DNA of 64,000 nt, taken from IMG/VR virus record IMGVR_UViG_3300042907_002442. One strand, given 5' to 3'. Below are positions 1-9,136 of the stretch, in pieces. Every line of letters starts with the position of its first letter. The first letter of the stretch is position 1. The stretch is from an uncultured virus (IMG/VR IMGVR_UViG_3300042907_002442) (lineage: Duplodnaviria > Heunggongvirae > Uroviricota > Caudoviricetes). The position numbers were made by a program, and so were the translations under genes. Below the pieces are notes generated by a model, which did not search any database, was not told the origin of the DNA, and saw only the letters and a list, made by a program, of their open reading frames with translations.

Positions 1-28
1 AACACTTTAAGTCAAATAAGAAAAGTTG

Positions 29-628
29 TTAAACTATTTTTTTAACTTTTGTAACTTTACCTTCAAAAACATGTTTACCAACTCTGAAACTGAATTGTTC
101 GTTGGTTTTTTCTGTGGATTCAATCAACAAATTATTTTTTCTAAGAGCCTTGTTGACCGCTTCTTCAATCATTTCTTGAATCAAGTCGTAGTCGATTGAT
201 GATGTTTGAGGTGGAGATACCTTTTCTTTGGCACTTTCAGGAATGTAATTGCTATCTTGTTTTTTCATCAACCGTGATGCTTTTTCAATCAACTCGTTAG
301 AAATGCTCATTTGAGGTTGTTGTGGTTGTGCAATAGGATGTTCAATCATCAATCTTTTAATCTCGTCTGGTAACTTTGAATTTTTTATTGCATCAATTGT
401 AGGAACTCCTACAGGTTTTGTATTTTCTCTTGGTACTGAACTGAGAAGTGGTGCGGAGGAAGGCTGTTCCTGCAAGAATTCTGCTGGGATGTTGTATTTT
501 GCGGGAGGTGCATCAAAATTTTCTAACATTTCTGAGGGTGGCAAACCAGAATTTTTATTTCTTGACACATTATTAGTTGCATCCATTATCGCTTTAGATT
601 TCATCAGTTTTTGCATCAAATCGTCCAT
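29..628 (-). CDS. hypothetical protein (Pro/Gln-rich central region)
   Basis: ORF track 29..634; ATG at 628 preferred over the upstream TTG; last gene of a tightly packed minus-strand operon. Confidence 0.7.
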   Translation of the reverse strand: MDDLMQKLMKSKAIMDATNNVSRNKNSGLPPSEMLENFDAPPAKYNIPAEFLQEQPSSAPLLSSVPRENTKPVGVPTIDAIKNSKLPDEIKRLMIEHPIAQPQQPQMSISNELIEKASRLMKKQDSNYIPESAKEKVSPPQTSSIDYDLIQEMIEEAVNKALRKNNLLIESTEKTNEQFSFRVGKHVFEGKVTKVKKIV

Positions 629-630
629 AA

Positions 631-1014
631 TCAAAATTTACTTATACATTTTATTTCTGAAGCCCTTTTATCACCATTGGGATTAAATCCGGCTTTCATT
701 TCTGAAAAATTTTCACCTGTTGGGTTCCAAGATAAAATTTTATCAGTTCTAAATAATCTCCATCCCGGTAATACCCCATCACCTACCGCAACTTTATGTG
801 AAGCACCTTCTCTTTCCCAGCCAGTTAGAACGGTATTACCACTATCTTTATGTATGAACAAACACACTGGTTCGATAGTTCTCAATCCTCTTCCCTTAGG
901 TTCATCTCCATCATAGAAAATAGAAATAACCTTTTTATCGTCAATAGCATTACAGATTTCCTCCCTTGAAGCTATTTCGACAACCAAAGATTTAAAAACC
1001 TCTGTCAGTTTCAT
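631..1014 (-). CDS. stand-alone WYL-domain protein
   Basis: Pattern ISIFY...RTIEPVCL...VLTGW...WRLFRTDKI...TGENF matches the WYL domain (R.vePy.l...wYl.a...R.FrldRI); no HTH domain attached. Confidence 0.75.
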   Translation of the reverse strand: MKLTEVFKSLVVEIASREEICNAIDDKKVISIFYDGDEPKGRGLRTIEPVCLFIHKDSGNTVLTGWEREGASHKVAVGDGVLPGWRLFRTDKILSWNPTGENFSEMKAGFNPNGDKRASEIKCISKF

Positions 1015-1310
1015 ATCTGAAAGTTAGGATATTGGTTTGATGAATTATATCTGTTAGTCCTTATACCGTTTCTGCGTTCAACTACATCATCTATAGTTCC
1101 GGCAGCAGGATTATAAACGTCCAAAAATATACCAGTTCCTCTACCCAATCTATCACCATCGGCTAAGGCGTCTTGGTTAGTTGCGGAGTATGGATTACCA
1201 ACTGCGTTGTAATCGTTTTTAGGTATAAGTTTTGCTCTCTCTAACTCAGCAATTGCTGTTAGTTGATTAGGAACGTCTTGAGATAAATCAATAGGAAGGT
1301 CGTTTGCCAT
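1011..1310 (-). CDS. hypothetical protein, possibly virion-associated
   Basis: 99 aa ORF overlapping the next gene by 4 nt. Confidence 0.65.
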   Translation of the reverse strand: MANDLPIDLSQDVPNQLTAIAELERAKLIPKNDYNAVGNPYSATNQDALADGDRLGRGTGIFLDVYNPAAGTIDDVVERRNGIRTNRYNSSNQYPNFQI

Positions 1311-1314
1311 AAAA

Positions 1315-1782
1315 TTAAATTTTTGAAATTAAATCGTTTATTTTTTTTAAACTTTCAGTCACAGCCACATCATATTTTTCTCTTGTGGATAAATGTTTCT
1401 GAGATGGTCTAACATTTGTGAAATCCTTTTTCTCGTGTGGTTTTATAAATTGATTTTGCATTCCCGTCTCCATTTTGTTTTTCTTCACGGCTTCGGGGTT
1501 TCTTCTCATAAAATCTAACTCATAATTTACCCAATTTTTCATAGGGAAACCACCATTCAACACAAATGAAGGCTCTTTTTGTGAACCTTTGAAATTGTCA
1601 AAAAAGTTTTTAATTCTTTTAAGTTGTTTGTAGGTAATATAATTTTTGTTCTGAAGTTCTTTATTTCTTTTATATCCCTCATCATTTTCGTTGAAATCCT
1701 TTACCTTGTAGAAACAAATTTTCAAATGCTTCCTCAAATGTTCTGGAAATTCAATTTCTTTATCGTATAAATTCTTATTCAC
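1315..1782 (-). CDS. hypothetical protein
   Basis: 155 aa ORF within the operon, overlapping the upstream gene. Confidence 0.7.
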   Translation of the reverse strand: MNKNLYDKEIEFPEHLRKHLKICFYKVKDFNENDEGYKRNKELQNKNYITYKQLKRIKNFFDNFKGSQKEPSFVLNGGFPMKNWVNYELDFMRRNPEAVKKNKMETGMQNQFIKPHEKKDFTNVRPSQKHLSTREKYDVAVTESLKKINDLISKI

Positions 1783-2578
1783 TTTTCAAAAGTTTTATCA
1801 AAGAAGAAAGTGATATTCCCTCTTTTTCGGCTTGTTTTTTAAGGGATTTTAAATTTTTCTTTAAAATTTTAGACGCCTCTATTTCTTTTTTATTCAAATC
1901 TGAATTATGAGAATCTTTTGATTTCATTAAAATATCTTCAAGCATTTTGAAAACTTTTTGTTTTCTCAGTTCTTCAATTCTTTGTTTTTCCACCAACCTG
2001 ATTCTCATTTTACTACCAGGTTTTTTTCCTTTATTTATTTTTACGGTTTTACCAAACTCGTTTGCTCTTTCTTTTGCATTATCAACTCCCATGTCCTTCA
2101 GAATTTTGATTGTATCTTCAGGAGTTTTACCAGATGTTTCTTCATATCCAAAGGCCTTAGATAAATCAACTTCTTCAACCTCCTCAACAGATTCACCATA
2201 GTATGTTCTGTATCCACGTGCAATTGGGTCATTTGTAATTCTTGCGGCTGCGACGGTTTGGTCCATTGTTTTTTTAGGGTGTAATGCTGGGTCTAAAATT
2301 GGAATTTTTGAAAGAGACATCACACCATCCGAATCCACTAACTCTTCGATTTCTTTTTTTACGTCAGATGTTTTCTTAGGTGTTTTTTTCTTAGTTATTT
2401 TATTGATATATCTTTTAACCACCTCGACCTTGTCTTTAGGTACCTTTACCATTACATCATTATTTTTTGCCTCAGAAATAGTATTTTCTACAGCCATGTA
2501 TAATGAATAATCTTTTCCCTTGTTTTTCAAGAAGAAATAGTACGGGGATGAATAATATTCCAAACCTTCTGTAATCAT
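1775..2578 (-). CDS. hypothetical Lys/Glu-rich protein
   Basis: 267 aa ORF; preceded on its own strand by TATTTATA (2595-2602). Confidence 0.7.
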   Translation of the reverse strand: MITEGLEYYSSPYYFFLKNKGKDYSLYMAVENTISEAKNNDVMVKVPKDKVEVVKRYINKITKKKTPKKTSDVKKEIEELVDSDGVMSLSKIPILDPALHPKKTMDQTVAAARITNDPIARGYRTYYGESVEEVEEVDLSKAFGYEETSGKTPEDTIKILKDMGVDNAKERANEFGKTVKINKGKKPGSKMRIRLVEKQRIEELRKQKVFKMLEDILMKSKDSHNSDLNKKEIEASKILKKNLKSLKKQAEKEGISLSSLIKLLKSE

Positions 2579-2594
2579 CTTTTGAGTTTTATTC

Positions 2595-2622
2595 TATAAA
2601 TACTCGTTGGTAATGTATTTAT
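2595..2622. promoter_or_regulatory. divergent pair of TATTTAT putative late-promoter elements
   Basis: TATAAATA at 2595-2602 (TATTTATA on the minus strand) and TATTTAT at 2616-2622, each a short distance upstream of a divergent start (2578, 2632). Confidence 0.6.
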
Positions 2623-2631
2623 CATTAGTTT

Positions 2632-4845
2632 ATGTCTTATCAGAATATTAATCAATACAATTTTAGAAAATGGAGACTTATCCCCTTCAATGAGATTACA
2701 GACTTATGTCTTGCCAGCGATGAGAGGGATTATGACCAAGAGGTAGTTTTTTCCCCATTACTGATAGGAGAAGATGATGGAAATATAATGCCCTTTAGAT
2801 TTGATTTCAATTCGTCAGCGACAACAATATGTCAGAATAATGATTGTAATTTTAGTAGTGATACAATTGTTTCAGAAAATTATTGGAACCCATTAGATAT
2901 TGACCCAAATTTATGTCCTTCAGCATCCACACTTTGTGATGTTGGTCTTACAGGTATAGACAATGGTTTGGTAAAAAAAATGTCAGGAGAAACAATCGAA
3001 ATTACAACTGGTTTGTATACGAATATTTCTGATAGGTTCAGTAGATACAAGTACGATAGAAGGATGAAATTACATCCAATTACAGGATTTACAACAACTC
3101 AAAATAGATTGTGGAATGATGATTCATATACCTATCAAATGCAATATACATATGAAAATCCTTCTGTAGGATATGTTGCGGAGTTGTTCGGGGGATTTTT
3201 TCAAGGGTTTTACAAAATACCAGGATACGATTATCAGGTATTCCCCGAAAGAGTTGGTTTAGGATGGACTGCTGAATTTATGTTAAAACACAGATGGTGG
3301 GGGGATACTTACGTGGGATTAAATAAAAGATACCCTGAAAACAAGGGTACATTCTTTTATATGGGCGCAAGAGCTGAAAATAAATTTTATCACTACGCTG
3401 ATGGTTCTCCAAAACAAGACACGGGTTACACGAGGGTAACTTCGGGATTGACTTGCATGCATACTTGCGAGTGTCTAAACACAGGTATAACCGCAGAACA
3501 TTCCTGTATTCCTGTGTATCAACCATCAGGTGTAACATCTTACACCTGTTTGTGTGGTTGTGGTCAGCCAGTCGCCGAAGCATCTATTCCGGAATTAGAC
3601 CCGTTATACGATGGTATTTCAAACGCTCTTTCAGTCAGACTGTCGGGAGATAGTGGAAATCCAAGAATATGTGTAAAAACTTATACAATCACAGGAGCTT
3701 GTGAATTTACCGGTGTGTGTAGTTCAGGACAAACATATGTAACAGGAACATCTGTGAATGAATGGTGTTCAACAAGAGGTATATTCCACGACTGCGATAA
3801 TACAAATTATATACTTCAAGAAAATTGGGTTCAAGTTGACGTCGTTTTCAGAAGAAGAGAATATTTTGAAGGGTGCGATTTGCTTGATTTAGGAGGTTTA
3901 GGATTGTTAGTTTCCGAGCAATATACTGCAACAACCGCCAATAATAGTCTGAGTTTGATAGAACCACCACTCACACATAGAGAAGTTTATGACCCTGCGA
4001 CTACAGAGATTGTAAAGTTCAAGGATTCGTGGATGGAGGAAAAAAATTTCAGAATAGGTGATTTAGAAATTTATATAAACGGAAGATTGTTTATGGTTAT
4101 TTTGGATTTCGAGGAAATAATTCCAAGACTTTTGAACACACCAAAAGAAAAACAAATTGGTGTGGGTTATAATATTTCTGTTGGCGGGGGTACACAGGGA
4201 TTACATGATAATCTTACTTTTTCGGGTGGATGTCCACAAACAATAGATGATATTGTTTATCAACAAGACCCTGAATGTCTAACCACAAATGATTTAGATA
4301 ATACAATTTATTCAGGACTTACCACCGATATTAAATTAGAAGAATTATTTGCCGGAAGTTTTATAGGTAATATAAGTGCATTTAGAATGTATACTGAGCC
4401 TTTGGATGCCGCTCAAGTTGCACATAATTTTAGAGTTTTAAAAAACAGATATAACTTACTGGACCCTAATTGTCCAAATTGTGTGGTACCACCACCATCT
4501 CCAACACCAACACCTCCTGTAACTCCAACTAATACACCAACACCTCCTGTAACTCCAACTAATACACCAACACCATCAATCACCCCTCAAGTAATATATG
4601 GTGCTTGGTTGTGGACAAATAATGTTTGGAATAACGCTTGTAGTATGGCAGGATACGGACCAACAAACGTTTTGGTTTATTCATTTGAGCCGTTCTCTAA
4701 TTTAGAACCTGGTGATTTTGTTTATGGAAATACACTTTGTAGTATCCCACCGATAAATACGAAAACTATAATAACTGATGGTAATAGATTTATACAAATA
4801 GACCCAAGTACTGGTTTAATTGTCAACAAAGGAATATGTCCATAG
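2632..4845 (+). CDS. putative virion structural protein; LamG/concanavalin-like elements, Cys-rich, C-terminal Pro/Thr linker
   Basis: WVQVDVVF...LEIYINGRL...FIGNISAFRMYTEPLDAAQVAHNF resembles a LamG-like jelly roll; PPSPTPTPPVTPTNTPTP linker near the C-terminus. Confidence 0.6.
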   Translation: MSYQNINQYNFRKWRLIPFNEITDLCLASDERDYDQEVVFSPLLIGEDDGNIMPFRFDFNSSATTICQNNDCNFSSDTIVSENYWNPLDIDPNLCPSASTLCDVGLTGIDNGLVKKMSGETIEITTGLYTNISDRFSRYKYDRRMKLHPITGFTTTQNRLWNDDSYTYQMQYTYENPSVGYVAELFGGFFQGFYKIPGYDYQVFPERVGLGWTAEFMLKHRWWGDTYVGLNKRYPENKGTFFYMGARAENKFYHYADGSPKQDTGYTRVTSGLTCMHTCECLNTGITAEHSCIPVYQPSGVTSYTCLCGCGQPVAEASIPELDPLYDGISNALSVRLSGDSGNPRICVKTYTITGACEFTGVCSSGQTYVTGTSVNEWCSTRGIFHDCDNTNYILQENWVQVDVVFRRREYFEGCDLLDLGGLGLLVSEQYTATTANNSLSLIEPPLTHREVYDPATTEIVKFKDSWMEEKNFRIGDLEIYINGRLFMVILDFEEIIPRLLNTPKEKQIGVGYNISVGGGTQGLHDNLTFSGGCPQTIDDIVYQQDPECLTTNDLDNTIYSGLTTDIKLEELFAGSFIGNISAFRMYTEPLDAAQVAHNFRVLKNRYNLLDPNCPNCVVPPPSPTPTPPVTPTNTPTPPVTPTNTPTPSITPQVIYGAWLWTNNVWNNACSMAGYGPTNVLVYSFEPFSNLEPGDFVYGNTLCSIPPINTKTIITDGNRFIQIDPSTGLIVNKGICP
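4504..4574 (+). repeat. 30-bp tandem repeat (two copies plus a partial) encoding TPTPPVTPTN
   Basis: ACACCAACACCTCCTGTAACTCCAACTAAT at 4504 and 4534, partial at 4564. Confidence 0.9.
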
Positions 4846-4889
4846 TTTCAAATTTATCAAACAAATAAAGTATTTATAAATAAAAAAAA

Positions 4890-5618
4890 ATGGGTTGTAG
4901 TAAACTTACTTTGACTAACACTGGTACAACAGTTGTTACCTTCAATTATCAAGAATGCGATAGTTCTGAATGGGAGTATCAGGTTGAGCTCAACCCTAAT
5001 GAAACAAAAAATATTTGGTTTATAACCGATACTTTTTCTTGTGCTTTTAGTTCTCAAATTATTATCGCCCAAACTGCATTTCCACCTACACCAACACCAA
5101 GTAAAACTCCGAGTGTGACACCAACACCAACAGTTACTCCTACACCATCAACAACTCCATATTATAAAATTGATGGAATTGGTGTTTATTATTATGCTGC
5201 AGATGACTCGAGTACAATTTCAGGTATCACAGGTAACATCTTTGCTAATGGTGTGATGATGACAAAAGAGGGACATATTGAATCGAATAAACAAGTTGCT
5301 TTCACAGGTGGTACAATCTCATACTTGGGCACAGGGTCCACATTTACTTTGATATTATCGGCTTCACCTGTTGGTGATTATTACTTAGCAAGTGACGGTG
5401 TTAGTGGACTATATAATAAACAAATATTATCTGCATTTACTTATACTCAAACTATTACAAATACTGATTTCTTCACAGGTGTCACGAGATTTTACTCAGG
5501 TGATACTTTATTACCTTATTCTGAAAACGGAGAAATTTCAATAAATAGAGTAAATCATCTAATTTATATCACAGGAGATTATGATACTGGATATTTCAAC
5601 ATTTTGCCAAATCCTTAA
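4890..5618 (+). CDS. putative virion protein with Pro/Thr linker
   Basis: N-terminal domain paralogous to the next gene, then PPTPTPSKTPSVTPTPTVTPTPSTTP; TATTTATA at 4871-4878. Confidence 0.7.
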   Translation: MGCSKLTLTNTGTTVVTFNYQECDSSEWEYQVELNPNETKNIWFITDTFSCAFSSQIIIAQTAFPPTPTPSKTPSVTPTPTVTPTPSTTPYYKIDGIGVYYYAADDSSTISGITGNIFANGVMMTKEGHIESNKQVAFTGGTISYLGTGSTFTLILSASPVGDYYLASDGVSGLYNKQILSAFTYTQTITNTDFFTGVTRFYSGDTLLPYSENGEISINRVNHLIYITGDYDTGYFNILPNP

Positions 5619-5629
5619 AAAATAAGAAA

Positions 5630-8600
5630 ATGAATTGTATAAAATATAATCTCAAAAATACGGGCGATACCGTAGTAACTTTTAACTATCAAAGATGTGA
5701 TAACGCGGAATTAGAACTTCAGGTTAAACTCGCACCTAATCAAAATAAAATTATTTGGGCAATAAAAGATACTTTGAACATCCCAAATTTTTTCAGTAAT
5801 ACTACTTCAGTAGAAGAAATATTAGAAACAATTTCCGAGTGTTCGACCTTGGTAAATATTTTTGGACAAGGAACTTTTTATTATAATCCATCAACGGATG
5901 TTAGGTCTCCTCAAATGGTTATACCAAATGATATCGTACAATCATTGGATGTTGCTCACTCTGAGGAAAAATTGTGGAAACTATACAATCCTCTCCCTTT
6001 CACTTATGTGATAAGAGAATGGGGTCTCACTGGAAATCCTCCATATTTGGTATCATCAACTTATAGAGATTTAACTTTCCCTTCAAATGTTGTGATAACT
6101 GCTCCTGCAAGCCCTGGACTTTGCCAAGCACCTAATGGTAATTTAGTTTTTATCGATTTTGAACAAAATGTTTGGGAGCTGACCGTTCCTGTAGCACCTG
6201 CAACAGTAATGACTGCAACTTTAAAATATCAGCTACCTTCAGGTTATTTTGTCGGTGGAGACTTTTTAGTAACTGTAAATAACAAATTGTTGGTTGCCTC
6301 AGATACAGAAGTCGGAGGGGTTCCATATATTGCGTTATATCAATTTGATTATAATACAGGTTCTTTTGAGTTCGAAAGTAAAACAGTTGCCATAAATAAT
6401 TATTCTGCAACAGGAGGTATAGCAATATTCAACAACGAAATATACATCTATGGTGTTTATGTGTACAAAATGGATAAGACTGCACCATACGGTGGTGTCA
6501 GAACGTCATTACAAGGAGCGGGTGGCGCTTCTTCAACAATTAAATGTAATACTGCGTTTTTAATTGGTTCAGAAACTCCAACACCTACTCCTACATCCAC
6601 AACAACACCAACTGTCACACCTACAACATTTACAGGAACAACACCAACAGCAACTGAAACAATCGGTCTGACACCGACTCCTACACCAACATCGCAAGTT
6701 TGTTATTCAAATGTGACTTTTGATATTGATTGTAATAATGCTGTGATAGAATACATTGATTGTTGTGGAGATTGCAACTATGCCGGTCCTTATTCAATAG
6801 GAACAGGATATACTTTGAGTGGTATTTGTATTCAAAATGACTCGATTACAGGTCAGCACGTTTTGAACATTCAATATAGTGGTGCTTGTAATTGTGAGGT
6901 CACCCCAACACCAACTCCAACTAATACTTCTACTCCTGAGGGTACTCCGACACCAACACCAACGGAAACTTCAATATTAGAGACACCAACCTGTACACCT
7001 ACTGTGACTCAAACACCAACTCCAACAAATACAGAAACTCCTACTCCAACTGCTACTTCAGTAATTGAGACACCAACACCTACACCTACCGAAACCGCTA
7101 CTTCAGTAATTGAGACACCAACACCTACACCTACCGAAACTGCTACTTCAGTAATTGAGACACCAACACCTACACCTACCGAAACTGCTACTTCAGTAAT
7201 TGAGACACCAACACCTACACCAACAAATACAGAAACTCCTACTCCAACTGCTACTTCAGTAATTGAGACACCAACACCTACACCTACTTGTCCGTATGGA
7301 GATTGTTATCACTATGTTGAGATTACTGTTTCAGGCTTTACAGTTATAGAATGGGGACTATGTCCTGGCTCGACCTCTGCTATTATTTATTCTGCCGATA
7401 CTTATCCGGCGACTTTCATAGAAGGTCCAACAATCGAATCGGATTGTTTTTCAGGTAATTCGTATACAATTTTGACGGGTTCAACACCTGTTTCTTTAAA
7501 TTATTTTAACCCTTGTTGTGATGAATTGGTAACTCCTACACCTACACCAACGAACACAGAAACTCCCACACCAACCGCTACGGAGGGTATAACTCCAACA
7601 CCTACACCAACTGAAGAGATAACACCAACTCCAACACCAACTTGTCCGTATGGAGATTGTTATCACTACGTTGAATTTACTATATCAGGTTACTCTGAAA
7701 TTGATTGGGTATATTGTCCTGGCACTAGCTCAGGTCAGGTATATTCCGCAGAAACGTATCCTGCAACATTTTTGTTAGGACCAGGTCTTGAGGTAGATTG
7801 TTTCTCAGGTAATTCATATACGGTTGTTTCGGGTTCAACTCCTTATTCATTAAATTATTTCAATCCTTGTTGTGAAGAGTTAGTAACTCCTACACCTACC
7901 CCATCGCAAACCTCAACTCCTCAAGTGAGTCCAACTTGTACACCAACAGAATCTGAGACACCAACTCCTACACCAGATGTCACTCCAACTTGTACACCAA
8001 CAGAATCTGAGACACCAACTCCTACACCAGATGTCACTCCAACTTGCACACCAACAGAATCTGAGACACCAACTCCTACACCAGATGTCACTCCAACTTG
8101 CACACCAACAGAATCTGAGACACCAACTCCTACACCTTCTTGTACACCAACTTTAACACCAACTTCAACACAGACTTGTTGTCAAATTACAATTTTGACC
8201 AATTCTTCAGTTGATGTGAACATAACTGATTTGACAGTAAATGGTAGTTCAGCAACTTACGTTTCTGGTCAAGCATTACCAAATACTCCTGGTAATGGAA
8301 CGATTTTGTGTTCGACAATCGTGGGCGTTGTTGATATAAGAATCTCGGTGTTAAATTCAGTTGCGGCTCAGAAGATTACTTTAACAGACAGTTTAGGTAA
8401 TGTTCAGTGTTATGATATAACTGGAACTGGACCATCTAATTATGATTTCTTAGGTGTGACTTTGAATTGTACAACACCAATCACAGTATTGGCTGAGGAT
8501 GGTTCATGTACCGCACCTCCAGAAACCCCGACACCAACACCAACAGCAGAAGTAACACCTACACCAACACCGACCGAAGAGGTGACTCCAACACCAACAA

Positions 8601-9061
8601 TTACACCTTCACCCTCTGAAAGTCCACTACCTGTTTCAGGATTCTCTTACAATTTGATTGCTTTACCATATAACTTGCCATCCGATGGAAATGCAATTAT
8701 GAATAACGAACCTAATAATTTCGGAAGTACCGAAATAAACTTATTGGGTCTTTCATCACGAGGTTTTTATTTCAACTCTATAGACACAAGTTTAACTGAT
8801 AGAACATCTTATTATTCAGCTTTTACAGGACAAACTATAACAATTACATTTACTCAGAATGGTGACTCTGCAATATATTCAGGAGACACAGATTCTTTCA
8901 AATTTTGGTCAACTTCAGGAGATACAGGATTTGTGTTTGGTACAGGTATAGGGGTACCTCCGATACCAGAACCCTCAGGAAATGCAGTACTGATACAATC
9001 TGCAACAACGACATGGGTCACAGGTGACACTGTTTATGTATCGGCGGTATTGAACGTCTAA
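5630..9061 (+). CDS. large mucin-like Pro/Thr-repeat protein with Cys-rich modules (putative fibre or decoration protein)
   Basis: 1143 aa; several TPTPTP tracts separate a beta-rich N-terminal region, duplicated CPYGDC...NPCC modules and a C-terminal beta domain. Confidence 0.75.
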   Translation: MNCIKYNLKNTGDTVVTFNYQRCDNAELELQVKLAPNQNKIIWAIKDTLNIPNFFSNTTSVEEILETISECSTLVNIFGQGTFYYNPSTDVRSPQMVIPNDIVQSLDVAHSEEKLWKLYNPLPFTYVIREWGLTGNPPYLVSSTYRDLTFPSNVVITAPASPGLCQAPNGNLVFIDFEQNVWELTVPVAPATVMTATLKYQLPSGYFVGGDFLVTVNNKLLVASDTEVGGVPYIALYQFDYNTGSFEFESKTVAINNYSATGGIAIFNNEIYIYGVYVYKMDKTAPYGGVRTSLQGAGGASSTIKCNTAFLIGSETPTPTPTSTTTPTVTPTTFTGTTPTATETIGLTPTPTPTSQVCYSNVTFDIDCNNAVIEYIDCCGDCNYAGPYSIGTGYTLSGICIQNDSITGQHVLNIQYSGACNCEVTPTPTPTNTSTPEGTPTPTPTETSILETPTCTPTVTQTPTPTNTETPTPTATSVIETPTPTPTETATSVIETPTPTPTETATSVIETPTPTPTETATSVIETPTPTPTNTETPTPTATSVIETPTPTPTCPYGDCYHYVEITVSGFTVIEWGLCPGSTSAIIYSADTYPATFIEGPTIESDCFSGNSYTILTGSTPVSLNYFNPCCDELVTPTPTPTNTETPTPTATEGITPTPTPTEEITPTPTPTCPYGDCYHYVEFTISGYSEIDWVYCPGTSSGQVYSAETYPATFLLGPGLEVDCFSGNSYTVVSGSTPYSLNYFNPCCEELVTPTPTPSQTSTPQVSPTCTPTESETPTPTPDVTPTCTPTESETPTPTPDVTPTCTPTESETPTPTPDVTPTCTPTESETPTPTPSCTPTLTPTSTQTCCQITILTNSSVDVNITDLTVNGSSATYVSGQALPNTPGNGTILCSTIVGVVDIRISVLNSVAAQKITLTDSLGNVQCYDITGTGPSNYDFLGVTLNCTTPITVLAEDGSCTAPPETPTPTPTAEVTPTPTPTEEVTPTPTITPSPSESPLPVSGFSYNLIALPYNLPSDGNAIMNNEPNNFGSTEINLLGLSSRGFYFNSIDTSLTDRTSYYSAFTGQTITITFTQNGDSAIYSGDTDSFKFWSTSGDTGFVFGTGIGVPPIPEPSGNAVLIQSATTTWVTGDTVYVSAVLNV
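7051..7287 (+). repeat. 45-bp coding tandem repeat (ATSVIETPTPTPTET)
   Basis: Units begin at 7051, 7096, 7141 and 7186, with a further partial copy at about 7249; near-identical at DNA level. Confidence 0.9.
7931..8136 (+). repeat. 54-bp coding tandem repeat (PTCTPTESETPTPTPDVT)
   Basis: Units at 7931, 7985, 8039 and 8093 (last one partial). Confidence 0.9.
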
Positions 9062-9084
9062 TTTTTACAATAAATCTTATTATC

Positions 9085-9119
9085 AAACCCTCTACTTTTG
9101 TTGAGGGTTTTTTATTTTT
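9085..9119 (+). terminator. putative intrinsic terminator
   Basis: AAACCCTC-N10-GAGGGTTT stem followed by a T-rich tract, after the 5630..9061 gene. Confidence 0.6.
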
Positions 9120-9136
9120 AAAAAAAACCATTTTCA

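Noticed and set aside
7286..7873. Duplicated CPYGDC module as a diversity-generating retroelement TR/VR pair
   Set aside because: Differences include many C/T and other synonymous changes rather than being adenine-specific; both copies are in one ORF; no reverse transcriptase in the window
7051..8136. Regular repeats as a CRISPR array
   Set aside because: Units are contiguous, multiples of 3 and in-frame coding for Pro/Thr tracts; no unique spacers and no cas genes
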